DNA from: a virus
Lineage: Duplodnaviria > Caudoviricetes
Virus record (IMG/VR): IMGVR_UViG_3300027533_000036
Location: 1-48,347 of that record
Direction: 5' to 3' (one strand)
Length of the DNA stretch: 48,347 nt
Below the pieces are notes generated by a model that made no database searches, had not been told where the DNA came from, and saw nothing but the letters and a program-made list of their open reading frames with translations. The position numbers and the translations under genes were made by a program. Below, in pieces: positions 1 to 8,344 of this stretch (position 1 is the first letter of the stretch; every line of letters begins with the position of its first letter).

Positions 1-136
1 GGACATTTGTGCCCAGACAACCCCGGCGGCCTGCGCCCCAAGGAACAAGTTGTGCGCATACTGGATCGTTGAGGAGCCCAACTGAATGTCCTCATACTCG
101 TAAATCAAAGTGCCGTTCCACGAGCCTTTGAACGAT
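1..136. repeat. Terminal direct repeat (left copy), probably assembly circularisation overlap
   Basis: Identical to 48212-48347 except position 10 (T vs C). Confidence 0.95.
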
Positions 137-900
137 GAGCCGGTATAAATTGGCGAATCGGCGTTGCTCTGGGGCGGGATATTGATCTGCGCATTCTTCC
201 AAGCGGCGTCAGCCAGGATCATGTCCCGGATGGCGAGCGTATGAGCGACGAAGCAAAACCACTCTTCCATCTTTTTGCCGTTGACTACGCGCATGGGGCG
301 AATCTTGGCGGTCGCAACCGGGATCAGTTTCGCTTTGCGCTTGGCGATGTCGATAACATTGGTGGTCAACTGATCTGCGGCATTGTCAAGGTTGAGCAAT
401 GCGGTTGCATGGGTCGCATTCCAATTGCTGTCAGTGGCACCATAAATGTAGCGACCACGAACCCGGCCCGTGGTGACATCTGACATCTTGGTGGTCAATT
501 CTTCGTCGAGGCGTTCCTTGGTGCGAATCGCCAGCGCCCGCTTGACCGACTGAAGCACGTCGAAATTCACCCGCTGCGTGGTCATCGACTTGTCATCGAC
601 GCGCACCAAATGGCGCACATTATCAACGACAATCCGCTGCCCGAAGAAAGGCACCGCGCCTTCACTGCCGAGGCCGACGTTGTTACCGAGAACTAAGCCG
701 CCTTCCATCTGACCCATCATTTGAATCGTGATGGCATCGCCGGCTTTCTTTTGCAGCTCGTTTTTGACCTGAATCGGCATGTCCATCGACGTGCCCATGA
801 GGTTGTACCACCAAAGCATTTTGGTGTACTCCTCGTACAACTGCTCATCCCAAATCTCATTGGTCAGGCTGTGACCCGTCAATATTTCTGTATAAGCCAT
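1..900 (-). CDS. Major capsid protein, N4-gp56/DUF4043-like, 5' part (continues across the junction to 48065; ~348 aa total)
   Basis: Not in the ORF track because it runs off the edge. ATG at 900 with AGGAG RBS gives MAYTEILTGHSLTNEIWDEQLYEEY...KNELQKKAGDAITI...KIRPMRVVNGK...SPIYTGSSFKGSWNGTLIYEY...LFLGAQAAGVVW; lies directly downstream of portal and scaffold. Confidence 0.85.
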   Translation of the reverse strand, partial: MAYTEILTGHSLTNEIWDEQLYEEYTKMLWWYNLMGTSMDMPIQVKNELQKKAGDAITIQMMGQMEGGLVLGNNVGLGSEGAVPFFGQRIVVDNVRHLVRVDDKSMTTQRVNFDVLQSVKRALAIRTKERLDEELTTKMSDVTTGRVRGRYIYGATDSNWNATHATALLNLDNAADQLTTNVIDIAKRKAKLIPVATAKIRPMRVVNGKKMEEWFCFVAHTLAIRDMILADAAWKNAQINIPPQSNADSPIYTGSSFKGSWNGTLIYEYEDIQLGSSTIQYAHNLFLGAQAAGVVWAQMS

Positions 901-915
901 GAATCTAGCTCCTGT

Positions 916-1797
916 TTAATTGTGGAAGAACGAAGAAAGAGGGCGCGCGCCGGGTGCTTTCACGTCGCCACTGGCCGGGCGTATCTCTCGATTTCCGTTC
1001 GGGGTTTTGTTCTTCATGGCAATGCCGTCTAATATCTTTTGGTGCTCCTCTTTGCGGATTTGCTCGCGCAATTCCGCTACCGCTTCCGCCTTGATCTTTT
1101 CGACCAATACGTCAACGTCTGACGATCCATACTTTTGCGTTATGTCCCACTCCTTCAGCACTTTGAGGGCTTCGGCCATTGGTGCGGGCGAGCCTAAGAC
1201 GCGCTGTTGCACCATGTCGTTTTGGTCAAATAGCTGATTGAAGCGGTCGAGTTCGGCGCGGGTCTTTTCCTCGCCAAGTTTATCGACTACCGCGGAGATG
1301 CTCGCTTGCACGGCCCCTTGGGTGCGGGCCTGAGTGAGTACCTGCTGCGGGTCGATCTTGGGCTCGTCTACTGTCGGGTCATAGGTGCCGTCGAGCTTCT
1401 TGTTGATGATTTCGAGTTCGCGCTGCTGATTGACGTAACGCTGATTGATTTGGGTCGCCCAATCGCGTGCGGCTTTTTCCCGCTTGGCGATTTCGTCGGC
1501 CCGCTTTTTGTGTGGATTGTCGTCGGAGTCCCAATCGAATGTCTTATCCGGCTCTGCCTTCGCCTCGACCTTGGGTTTATCCTCGGTCGCGACATGTTCT
1601 TTTTCCGGCTCCGCTTTGACTTCCGGCTCGTCGGGAGTCTTTTCAGCACTCGCAGGATCACTGGCGGGTTGAGCTTCGACTTCCGGCGTTTCCGGTGTGG
1701 GCGTGTCTGTAACGCCTTCCGTAGCGCGATGGCCGCTGCTGAATACCCGGTCCATGACCGTGCTCTCTGTGCTTGGAGCCTCTGTCGTTTCGTCCAT
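916..1797 (-). CDS. Capsid scaffolding protein (putative)
   Basis: Acidic, Pro/Glu-rich disordered N-terminus, coiled-coil middle; immediately upstream of the capsid gene. Confidence 0.7.
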   Translation of the reverse strand: MDETTEAPSTESTVMDRVFSSGHRATEGVTDTPTPETPEVEAQPASDPASAEKTPDEPEVKAEPEKEHVATEDKPKVEAKAEPDKTFDWDSDDNPHKKRADEIAKREKAARDWATQINQRYVNQQRELEIINKKLDGTYDPTVDEPKIDPQQVLTQARTQGAVQASISAVVDKLGEEKTRAELDRFNQLFDQNDMVQQRVLGSPAPMAEALKVLKEWDITQKYGSSDVDVLVEKIKAEAVAELREQIRKEEHQKILDGIAMKNKTPNGNREIRPASGDVKAPGARPLSSFFHN

Positions 1798-1803
1798 TTC
1801 TGC

Positions 1804-2385
1804 TTACTCCTGTTCGCCTGCCGTTGTCGGGGTCGGCGATTCTGCATCAACCTGCGGCTGGACTGCCGGGTCGGTTGATTGTTTACTTTTTCGTGGTTTA
1901 GGCACGCCCGCATCGGAGCGCATCGCCCGGCGCCTTTCGCCTCGTTTGAGCTTGGCGCGGTTGATGGCTTTCTTTGTGAGCGCGATTTCTTCGGGTGTGC
2001 GGATTGGATTGCCCCAACGGTTTTTGGGGCGTTCTCGCATCGGCAACTTGCCGATTTCTTCCATCGATAGCTTAGGCGGGGCGATGACGTTGCTGCCATT
2101 GTCCCTGTTCATTGCTTCATTTTCGGGATGATCGACGCCGTTCTCGATTGCCGGGTAAATCTCCTCGACTAACTCGAAAGGGCCGTCCTTGCCCGACAGG
2201 TCGAGCAGTTTTCGCCCGTCTTGCCAGGGAAATTCCCCGATCGGGTTACAAGTCACTTCGCCGGTCTTTTCAGAGCGGGAGACAAACGGAATCGGCAACT
2301 CGACTGTCTTGGGGTGATCGTAGACATAGCCCATTTGGCCCATCAGCTTGCCGCGATACTTGATTCTGATTGCAACGGGATTCAT
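1804..2385 (-). CDS. Hypothetical head-module protein with basic C-terminal region
   Basis: 193 aa ORF, ATGA-coupled within the late operon. Confidence 0.6.
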   Translation of the reverse strand: MNPVAIRIKYRGKLMGQMGYVYDHPKTVELPIPFVSRSEKTGEVTCNPIGEFPWQDGRKLLDLSGKDGPFELVEEIYPAIENGVDHPENEAMNRDNGSNVIAPPKLSMEEIGKLPMRERPKNRWGNPIRTPEEIALTKKAINRAKLKRGERRRAMRSDAGVPKPRKSKQSTDPAVQPQVDAESPTPTTAGEQE

Positions 2386-2588
2386 CGTTTGCTCCTACCA
2401 AGATCAAAATATTTTACGTTGCGCACTTTATAGATGCGCTGGCGGGTCGAATGATCGTCCACCAGTTCGTCAACCTCGTGGCGGTGAATATCAAGCCCGT
2501 TTTCCTTGAACAGCTTCACGTTTGTCTCGGTGATCGTTTGCGGGTTGTCGATCTTGTCAAACCCGATTCTCAGTTCCTTTTTTGCCAT
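2382..2588 (-). CDS. Hypothetical protein (MAKKELRIGF...)
   Basis: Probable ATG at 2588 overlapping the portal 3' end; fills the operon gap. Confidence 0.55.
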   Translation of the reverse strand: MAKKELRIGFDKIDNPQTITETNVKLFKENGLDIHRHEVDELVDDHSTRQRIYKVRNVKYFDLGRSKR

Positions 2589-4704
2589 TATCCATTTCCT
2601 TACTGGCTGCGACCTGCATCGATAGCTTTGCGAACTCCATCTGGAGTTCCATTTGCTTCTTCTCAATTTCCATCTGCGTGAGTTGCTGCTTGGCCTGTAC
2701 GTCGAAAGCCTTGGATTGCATCTCCATCTGGTGCTTCTCGCGCTCAAGCTGCATTTCTTCTTGCTTGCCAGGGTCGTTTCCTGCCTTGGCCTGCTCCGAC
2801 ATAATCTTGCCCTGCACCTGAGTTTCCGCTGACGTGTTGGGCATTTCTTTCATCACCGCTTGGGCAACTTCTGGCGCTCCCATCTCTATCCACATAGCGG
2901 CCCGTTCGGGCGGCGTGAGCGCGTCGAGCTGTGCGCTGATGGCGATTTTCGGCTTGTTGGGCGGCGGCTGTGATGCGGCCTGCACCTTTTTCATAATTTC
3001 GTCTTTGTCGGGAATATCAACGAGATCGAACATGATCTCGGCCCACATGGGGCCAAAAGGCAGTATCGCCGGCAATACTTGGCCAAGGGACTGTAAAGTC
3101 TCCTCGCGCCGAGTAGTCGCGTCGGGCGCCTCGTCCACGATGATGTCGTAGGTGCGTTGCTTGATCGCCGCCAGGGTGTCACTGTCGAGCGCCACTTCCT
3201 TGGCGGCTTTGAGGTTGTCCGTGATGTAGAACGTCAATGGCTGGGTATAGTGCTGCTGGATCAATTCGAGCACGACCCGGCCTTGGATAACCCGGGTGCG
3301 GCGGAAGTTATCGAAGATCGGCGCAATGATAACGTCGGTCATCGCCTGCTTGCGGGCGATGCCTACGCCGGAGCGCACTTCGCTTTTTTCTCCCATTGCG
3401 TCGGGATTGATGCCGGTGACACGACGAAAATCGTCTTTAGACATGCCGTGCATGGCAAGATGGCCCTGCGCCAATTCCAGATTGTTATGGAGTTGGAACC
3501 GCTCGAAATAGCCCTTGTTAATCTCCATTTGGCCGTCAGGCCGGGACTTCTCCAGCGCAAATTGGACCGGATCGGTAACGGCGCCCTGCTCGTAAATCGC
3601 CTGATTGGTGGTGAGCAGGTGCAGCGACTTGGATTCCCGCTTATTGATGGCGTCTTGGAGTTCCAGGGCTATCCAAATCAGGCTATAAGGCTCGCCCGAC
3701 TTCATGCGCGCGACAAAGTACGGGATGAACGGGAAATAGAGGCGATCGGTTTCCTTGTGCTCCAACAGGACGCCTTTGGCGAATAGCCCCATGTTAAGCG
3801 TGTGCTTTACCCGCACGTCCTCGTTGTACTTCTGGGTTTTCTTTAGCAGCTTGACTTCTTCTTTGGTCAACTCGCGAGTCTGACCGCTGGCAGGGTCGTG
3901 CAACTCGCGGGTTTCGGTATCAAGGGCGGCGCCGCTCTCAAAGATGCAGATCGACTGGCGTTTCTTGGTCTTGTACCACTGCTCGATGACCCGGACTCGC
4001 TTGCGCTCCATATCGACCCAGTTTTCGCGCTTGATGCGGTCCACTTCGCCAAGCTGGCCAACGTCGGAGCCGCCAGTAATGAGCCGGTCAATGGTTTGCT
4101 TCTTGTCTGGGTACAGTTCGCCGAGGTCGTCGGCGTCTACCCAAATCGCTTCGTTGATATAATTGGCGTCAATGTTCCAGTCGTAGCGGCGCGAGTAGGG
4201 ATCAGGAAGTATCGTAAACGAGTCCACACACTTCATCGCTATTTTCGGCTGATAGCCGTCGTCAAAGGTAACGTCGGCTTTGAGCACGCCAAAGCCGCCA
4301 GTAAAACCGTCCTCGGCTTGGTCCTTTTCCTCAAATTCGAGGTCGTTTGACTGGCGAATGAAGCGGAACAGGTCGGAAAGCACTTCCGCTGCCGGCTGGT
4401 CCTCGGGGTTGCGGCCCTTGTAGAGTACGCGGGTGTTTTGGCGCACGAATTGGCCAACCATGCGGTTGACCGTGACGCTGATCTGATTATTGACGGTCGG
4501 CGGTTGCCCGCGCTTTTGCAGTTCGGCGAGTTCGGCGGATGTCCACTGCTTATTTTCCTTGTAGTCGTGGCACTTGGCGGCGTGTTTGCGCCAATCTTGC
4601 CAAGTAGGATGGTCAAGCGCGGTCTGGAAATTACTTTCGAGCTTTTTTAATAGCTCGGCAGTAGATTCGTCGTCGGTTTTCTTTTTTTGTCCTGAATAAG
4701 CCAA
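2557..4704 (-). CDS. Portal protein, P22-like
   Basis: 715 aa; QW...LQKRGQPPTVNNQI motif, FPFIPY, QDAINKRES, SGVGIARKQ, YDIIVDEAP, C-terminal Gln/Met-rich coiled-coil barrel; TTG start. Confidence 0.9.
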   Translation of the reverse strand: MAYSGQKKKTDDESTAELLKKLESNFQTALDHPTWQDWRKHAAKCHDYKENKQWTSAELAELQKRGQPPTVNNQISVTVNRMVGQFVRQNTRVLYKGRNPEDQPAAEVLSDLFRFIRQSNDLEFEEKDQAEDGFTGGFGVLKADVTFDDGYQPKIAMKCVDSFTILPDPYSRRYDWNIDANYINEAIWVDADDLGELYPDKKQTIDRLITGGSDVGQLGEVDRIKRENWVDMERKRVRVIEQWYKTKKRQSICIFESGAALDTETRELHDPASGQTRELTKEEVKLLKKTQKYNEDVRVKHTLNMGLFAKGVLLEHKETDRLYFPFIPYFVARMKSGEPYSLIWIALELQDAINKRESKSLHLLTTNQAIYEQGAVTDPVQFALEKSRPDGQMEINKGYFERFQLHNNLELAQGHLAMHGMSKDDFRRVTGINPDAMGEKSEVRSGVGIARKQAMTDVIIAPIFDNFRRTRVIQGRVVLELIQQHYTQPLTFYITDNLKAAKEVALDSDTLAAIKQRTYDIIVDEAPDATTRREETLQSLGQVLPAILPFGPMWAEIMFDLVDIPDKDEIMKKVQAASQPPPNKPKIAISAQLDALTPPERAAMWIEMGAPEVAQAVMKEMPNTSAETQVQGKIMSEQAKAGNDPGKQEEMQLEREKHQMEMQSKAFDVQAKQQLTQMEIEKKQMELQMEFAKLSMQVAASKEMDNGKKGTENRV

Positions 4705-4816
4705 AGGCCAACTCTCTTAGCGAGGTTGGCCCTTAGTTAAACTAGCGGCGTAACTGCTGAATTTGAGCTAATACAATCAGTTGATTACAAATGCAAGGGG
4801 AATCTATTAGTAGAGG

Positions 4817-5410
4817 CTAGGGAGTTGGAATTATCCCCAACCCCAACAAGGCTGTTATCCCCAAAGATAAGAGGGCTAAAATCATTATCGCGAGTCCGGG
4901 CTTATCATTATGAGTATACCAACGCTGCAAAAGACTTTGCCTACCTATAAAAAATTCTAGCGGTCGTAACGCCTCGCCCCAACGAGCCAAGATGAAACAT
5001 TCCCGACCAGCAATTCCCACTAACACCGGATCAGATATAGCGGCCCGTTCTGGTGTTCCAATATAAATCGCATCGAACAATTCTGCTTTACGGGCGCGGT
5101 TAAGTATGTGGAGAACACCTAGCGGAATAGTGTCAAAGGCATAACCCGACCCTCTTGTTTCAGTCTGGTTGCCTACCCAATACATGCGTGGAAAGTGACG
5201 ATTTAGATTGCGGGATTCTTGAGCCGTCAACGCTTTGTATGACGACAGTTCGCCGGTTGCTAATCGTAAATCAATGTTCTTAGCCATTCTAGTAAAGCCA
5301 AGACTAGCGGCGAAGTCTTGATAATCTTTAATGGCCTTGGGCATATTAGGCGAAAGCATAGTCGAGTCACCAAACGTTTCAACCTGGATACCATTCTCCA
5401 TTTTAATCAT
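4817..5410 (-). CDS. Hypothetical protein with C-terminal transmembrane helix
   Basis: 197 aa; C-terminal LAIMILALLSLGITALLGLGII; visibly AT-richer than its neighbours. Confidence 0.6.
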   Translation of the reverse strand: MIKMENGIQVETFGDSTMLSPNMPKAIKDYQDFAASLGFTRMAKNIDLRLATGELSSYKALTAQESRNLNRHFPRMYWVGNQTETRGSGYAFDTIPLGVLHILNRARKAELFDAIYIGTPERAAISDPVLVGIAGRECFILARWGEALRPLEFFIGRQSLLQRWYTHNDKPGLAIMILALLSLGITALLGLGIIPTP

Positions 5411-5428
5411 AAGATTCCTTTCTTTATT

Positions 5429-5602
5429 TTAGGCACTCACCCGCACGACGATATGAGTCTCCCGCCGCAGCTCATCCCGCTCCCGATCGACAACTTGCCG
5501 CAACGTGCCTGAATCGACCAGCAGCAACTCGATCATCTTCAGCGATGAGATAAGCTGACGGCGCAGATTCATAAGTTCGACGATGTTGGGTTGCTTATCC
5601 AT
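5429..5602 (-). CDS. Small hypothetical protein
   Basis: ATG at 5602 with GAGG RBS, overlaps upstream stop. Confidence 0.5.
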   Translation of the reverse strand: MDKQPNIVELMNLRRQLISSLKMIELLLVDSGTLRQVVDRERDELRRETHIVVRVSA

Positions 5603-5789
5603 GAAATAGCTCGCAGTCCTCAATAAACGTCCAATATCCCGTTGCTTCAGTCATGCCGCCAAAGAAACAGCCCTTGGGATGTAAACCGCAATCGGGCGCG
5701 CATTGAGCACCACACTCCAGGCAGTCGCCGGGCGTTGGCTCTGCCAACCACTCTCGAACCATTGGGCCAACCCTCATTTGTTTAACCAT
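5595..5789 (-). CDS. Small Cys-rich hypothetical protein
   Basis: CLECG...CAPDCG...C motifs; ATG at 5789 overlaps the radical SAM stop. Confidence 0.5.
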   Translation of the reverse strand: MVKQMRVGPMVREWLAEPTPGDCLECGAQCAPDCGLHPKGCFFGGMTEATGYWTFIEDCELFHG

Positions 5790-6576
5790 TAGTTGGGATG
5801 CCATAAAATTCGCATTTAGCGCATAGCGCATTGGCCAAATCGCGGCGCCCGTCGATGTGATAGCTCATCATGGTTTTTCGCTTTTGGCCATTCCAGAGAG
5901 AATCTAAAGTCTCGCCATTAAGGTTTCCAAGCAAGCCACTGCGGCCAACATCAAGGCGATTACAAATATAGAGGTCGCCACGCCAATCAACACTGGGGTG
6001 AGAAAGGAAATCGAGACAAATTCCCACTTCAGGGATGGGAGGTTGCGATCGCTTGTAATGAGTATCAGAGCCAGGGCTATGCAAACTTCGATGAAGAATA
6101 GCAACGCCAAGCTGCTTAAACCGATCTTCGTCCACTCCCGTGCCGACAATCTTAACGTTGACGACGGGCTTTCGGCTTCCTTTGCATTCGACGAGAAACT
6201 TCCGTAGCACGGCCAATTGTTCATCGCCGTCGGGGTCTTTGTCAAAGACCGAGACTGTAACCGTTTCGCACCGATCAATGATTTCATCGGCTTTCTCCAC
6301 TAATAATTTGCCATTGGTGACAATCGATCGAATCTGATCGCAGAAAATCCCCATCGCTTCTTTGAAATACGGGTAATAAAGCGGCTCGCCGTCGCGGTGA
6401 AACTGCACAATGATGCCGGGCGGCAACTGCTCTGCAATTTTAACGAGCAGGTTGATGTCGATGTCGCCATATTCTAGCGCCGTGTTTACTTTAGGATTTT
6501 GGTGGCCGCAGAAAAAGCAACTCTTGTTACACCGCGAAGTCAGTTCGATGTTAATCTGAGAAAGTGCGTTAAGCAT
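5782..6576 (-). CDS. Radical SAM protein with C-terminal SPASM/twitch domain
   Basis: IELTSRCNKSCFFC (CxxxCxxC), GEPL, TNG; C-terminal C...VDWRGDLYIC...LGNL...LWNG...CAKC; probable ATG at 6576. Confidence 0.9.
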   Translation of the reverse strand: MLNALSQINIELTSRCNKSCFFCGHQNPKVNTALEYGDIDINLLVKIAEQLPPGIIVQFHRDGEPLYYPYFKEAMGIFCDQIRSIVTNGKLLVEKADEIIDRCETVTVSVFDKDPDGDEQLAVLRKFLVECKGSRKPVVNVKIVGTGVDEDRFKQLGVAILHRSLHSPGSDTHYKRSQPPIPEVGICLDFLSHPSVDWRGDLYICNRLDVGRSGLLGNLNGETLDSLWNGQKRKTMMSYHIDGRRDLANALCAKCEFYGIPTNG

Positions 6577-6745
6577 CCTGCAACCAACTTTTAAGGACAA
6601 CCCTTACTTGCTGCTCAAGAAAAACTCTCACTTCAGGAGTATCGCTGCTTGTTGGCAAATGTTTATCAGCCATTAAATTACCAATCACTCTTAAAACAAT
6701 TTCCCGCGCCATCGAATCCAGTACGCAAGAATGATTAATTTTCAT
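6569..6745 (-). CDS. 58 aa hypothetical protein linking the aminotransferase and radical SAM genes
   Basis: MKINHSCVLDSMAREIV...SWLQDA; overlaps both neighbours (below ORF-track cutoff). Confidence 0.45.
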   Translation of the reverse strand: MKINHSCVLDSMAREIVLRVIGNLMADKHLPTSSDTPEVRVFLEQQVRVVLKSWLQDA

Positions 6746-7649
6746 CCCATCTCCTCGCCTGATCTCTCCACCAGCAATTTACTGCTTCTTCCCACTTCTC
6801 CATCAGAAACTTGGTCATCGGGCCTACTTTGCCTTTGCCAATTTCTTGGCCGTTGATTCGCGTACACGGCATGATGCAGAACGGAGTTGCTGTATAGAAT
6901 CCTTCGTCTGCGGTGATGGCATCATAAGCGTCGAATCTTCTTTCTCGACAATCGATGTCATATTGTCGTGCGAGTCCAAAGATAAAGTTACGCGATATAC
7001 CGCGCAGGCAGTCTTTCGTTTCCGACGTAAAAAGTCGATCTCGCTTAACGATAAAAAAATTGGCACCAGTACCTTCTGTGATAAATCCGTCGTCTCCGGT
7101 GAGTAGCGGCCACGCATCAGGATCGCTCCTTTTCGCTTCCAGTTCGGCCATGCGGCTGCTGAGCCTGCAATGGTGCTTCACTTTGTTTTCGAGGTAGCGG
7201 CTTGGAATCGCCCGCTGCGACGTAATGACCGCGGGCCTTCCAGTCGTGTAAAACCTGCTTTGCCCACGCAGGACCCATCGTAAAGGATAAATGGTGATGG
7301 TTACGATTGGTTGGCATGTCAGGATCTCCGAATAAAGCGGGAGCGGCCCGCGGCTCACGTTTATAAAAGTGCGGTACTCGTCATCATCTGCAAATTCATG
7401 TCGGTTCGCGTTGACAAGATCAAAGTGTGCTTGGCGGAGTTGATAAAAGTTGTAGGGACAGTCCAACTGTAGAAACTTACAGGCATCCAAGATGCGATTG
7501 ATATGGGCGTCGAGCTTGAAAGTTTCCTTGTTGAAACTCCTAAGCATCGAGAAAGTGCTGTCTCCATACATACTTCCTGAGTCATAGAGGCTCTGTACTG
7601 CTTCGCTCTCGGGTAGGAGTTTCCCATTTTTCCATATGCGGCGGCTCAT
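6735..7649 (-). CDS. PLP-dependent aminotransferase class IV (IlvE/D-amino acid transaminase/PabC family)
   Basis: IWKNG, YGDSTF..LR, FKLDAHINR, catalytic Lys in KVKHHCR, EGTGANFFIV, LRGISR, ADEGFYTAT, INGQEIGKGKVGP. Confidence 0.9.
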   Translation of the reverse strand: MSRRIWKNGKLLPESEAVQSLYDSGSMYGDSTFSMLRSFNKETFKLDAHINRILDACKFLQLDCPYNFYQLRQAHFDLVNANRHEFADDDEYRTFINVSRGPLPLYSEILTCQPIVTITIYPLRWVLRGQSRFYTTGRPAVITSQRAIPSRYLENKVKHHCRLSSRMAELEAKRSDPDAWPLLTGDDGFITEGTGANFFIVKRDRLFTSETKDCLRGISRNFIFGLARQYDIDCRERRFDAYDAITADEGFYTATPFCIMPCTRINGQEIGKGKVGPMTKFLMEKWEEAVNCWWRDQARRWDEN

Positions 7650-8344
7650 GCCAACAACTTAATTATGTCAGTAATGTGAAATTCATTATTGCCAAAGTGA
7701 TTATAGATTCTCTCGATGCACTCAAAATCTTCCTGCGTATTTACATCGAGCCTAAGATTGGACCGCCACGCTGGCGGGCATGGCGGCACCACGATATTAT
7801 GCGTGTCGTGGTAATACTTGTGCGGGTGCTCGCGCATTGACGGCTTGCTGATTTCAAAGTTCAAAAATTCCAGCATCTCCATTGTGTACATTTCAGCGCC
7901 AATGCCATCGGGCCAACCAAGCTCCCTATTGGCAACTCGGTAATCACCGGCATTCGTCACCAGCGCACCCTTGGCGCCGAGATTGCCATGTTCGATGAGC
8001 AGGTCTATGGCTTCGGGCTCAATGCAGGGATTGTCGGCGCAAATGCGGATGATCGTATCGGCCTCGAACTCACGTGCGCAAAGATAATATCGTTTTGAGA
8101 GATCGGCATCGTTAATATCATATTGACGGGCAAGAAATACGGATGCTCCGGCTGCGAAGGCGACGGCTAAAAGCGGAATATCTTCCGATGCCCACGGCAT
8201 TGCGACAATGATTTTATCAATCCGCTTCGCTCGCTTCACCCGCTCGATAACGTGTTGCAGCATCGGCTTACCAAGCAATTCTATGCTGCCTTTGCCGGGG
8301 AGCCTGTCGTTGCCGTTTCTTGCTTGTATAATCGCCGCAATCAT
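7646..8344 (-). CDS. Cytidylyltransferase, SpsF/NeuA/KdsB family (CMP-nonulosonate synthetase-like)
   Basis: IIQARNG..RLPGK, GKPMLQHVIER, RICADNP, REHP, RLDVNTQEDF motifs. Confidence 0.9.
   Translation of the reverse strand: MIAAIIQARNGNDRLPGKGSIELLGKPMLQHVIERVKRAKRIDKIIVAMPWASEDIPLLAVAFAAGASVFLARQYDINDADLSKRYYLCAREFEADTIIRICADNPCIEPEAIDLLIEHGNLGAKGALVTNAGDYRVANRELGWPDGIGAEMYTMEMLEFLNFEISKPSMREHPHKYYHDTHNIVVPPCPPAWRSNLRLDVNTQEDFECIERIYNHFGNNEFHITDIIKLLA

Noticed and set aside
1-136. Terminal repeat as a biological DTR
   Set aside because: It falls inside the capsid gene and is about k-mer sized, so it is best explained as an assembly overlap
241-4650. Numerous plus-strand and alternative-frame ORFs over capsid, scaffold and portal
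   Set aside because: Antisense or shadow ORFs of well-supported minus-strand genes; no motifs or RBS
6735-7649. ilvE as an auxiliary amino-acid metabolism gene or host contamination
   Set aside because: It is translationally coupled inside a phage terL-neuB operon in a circular phage contig, and it is diverged at IlvE substrate motifs
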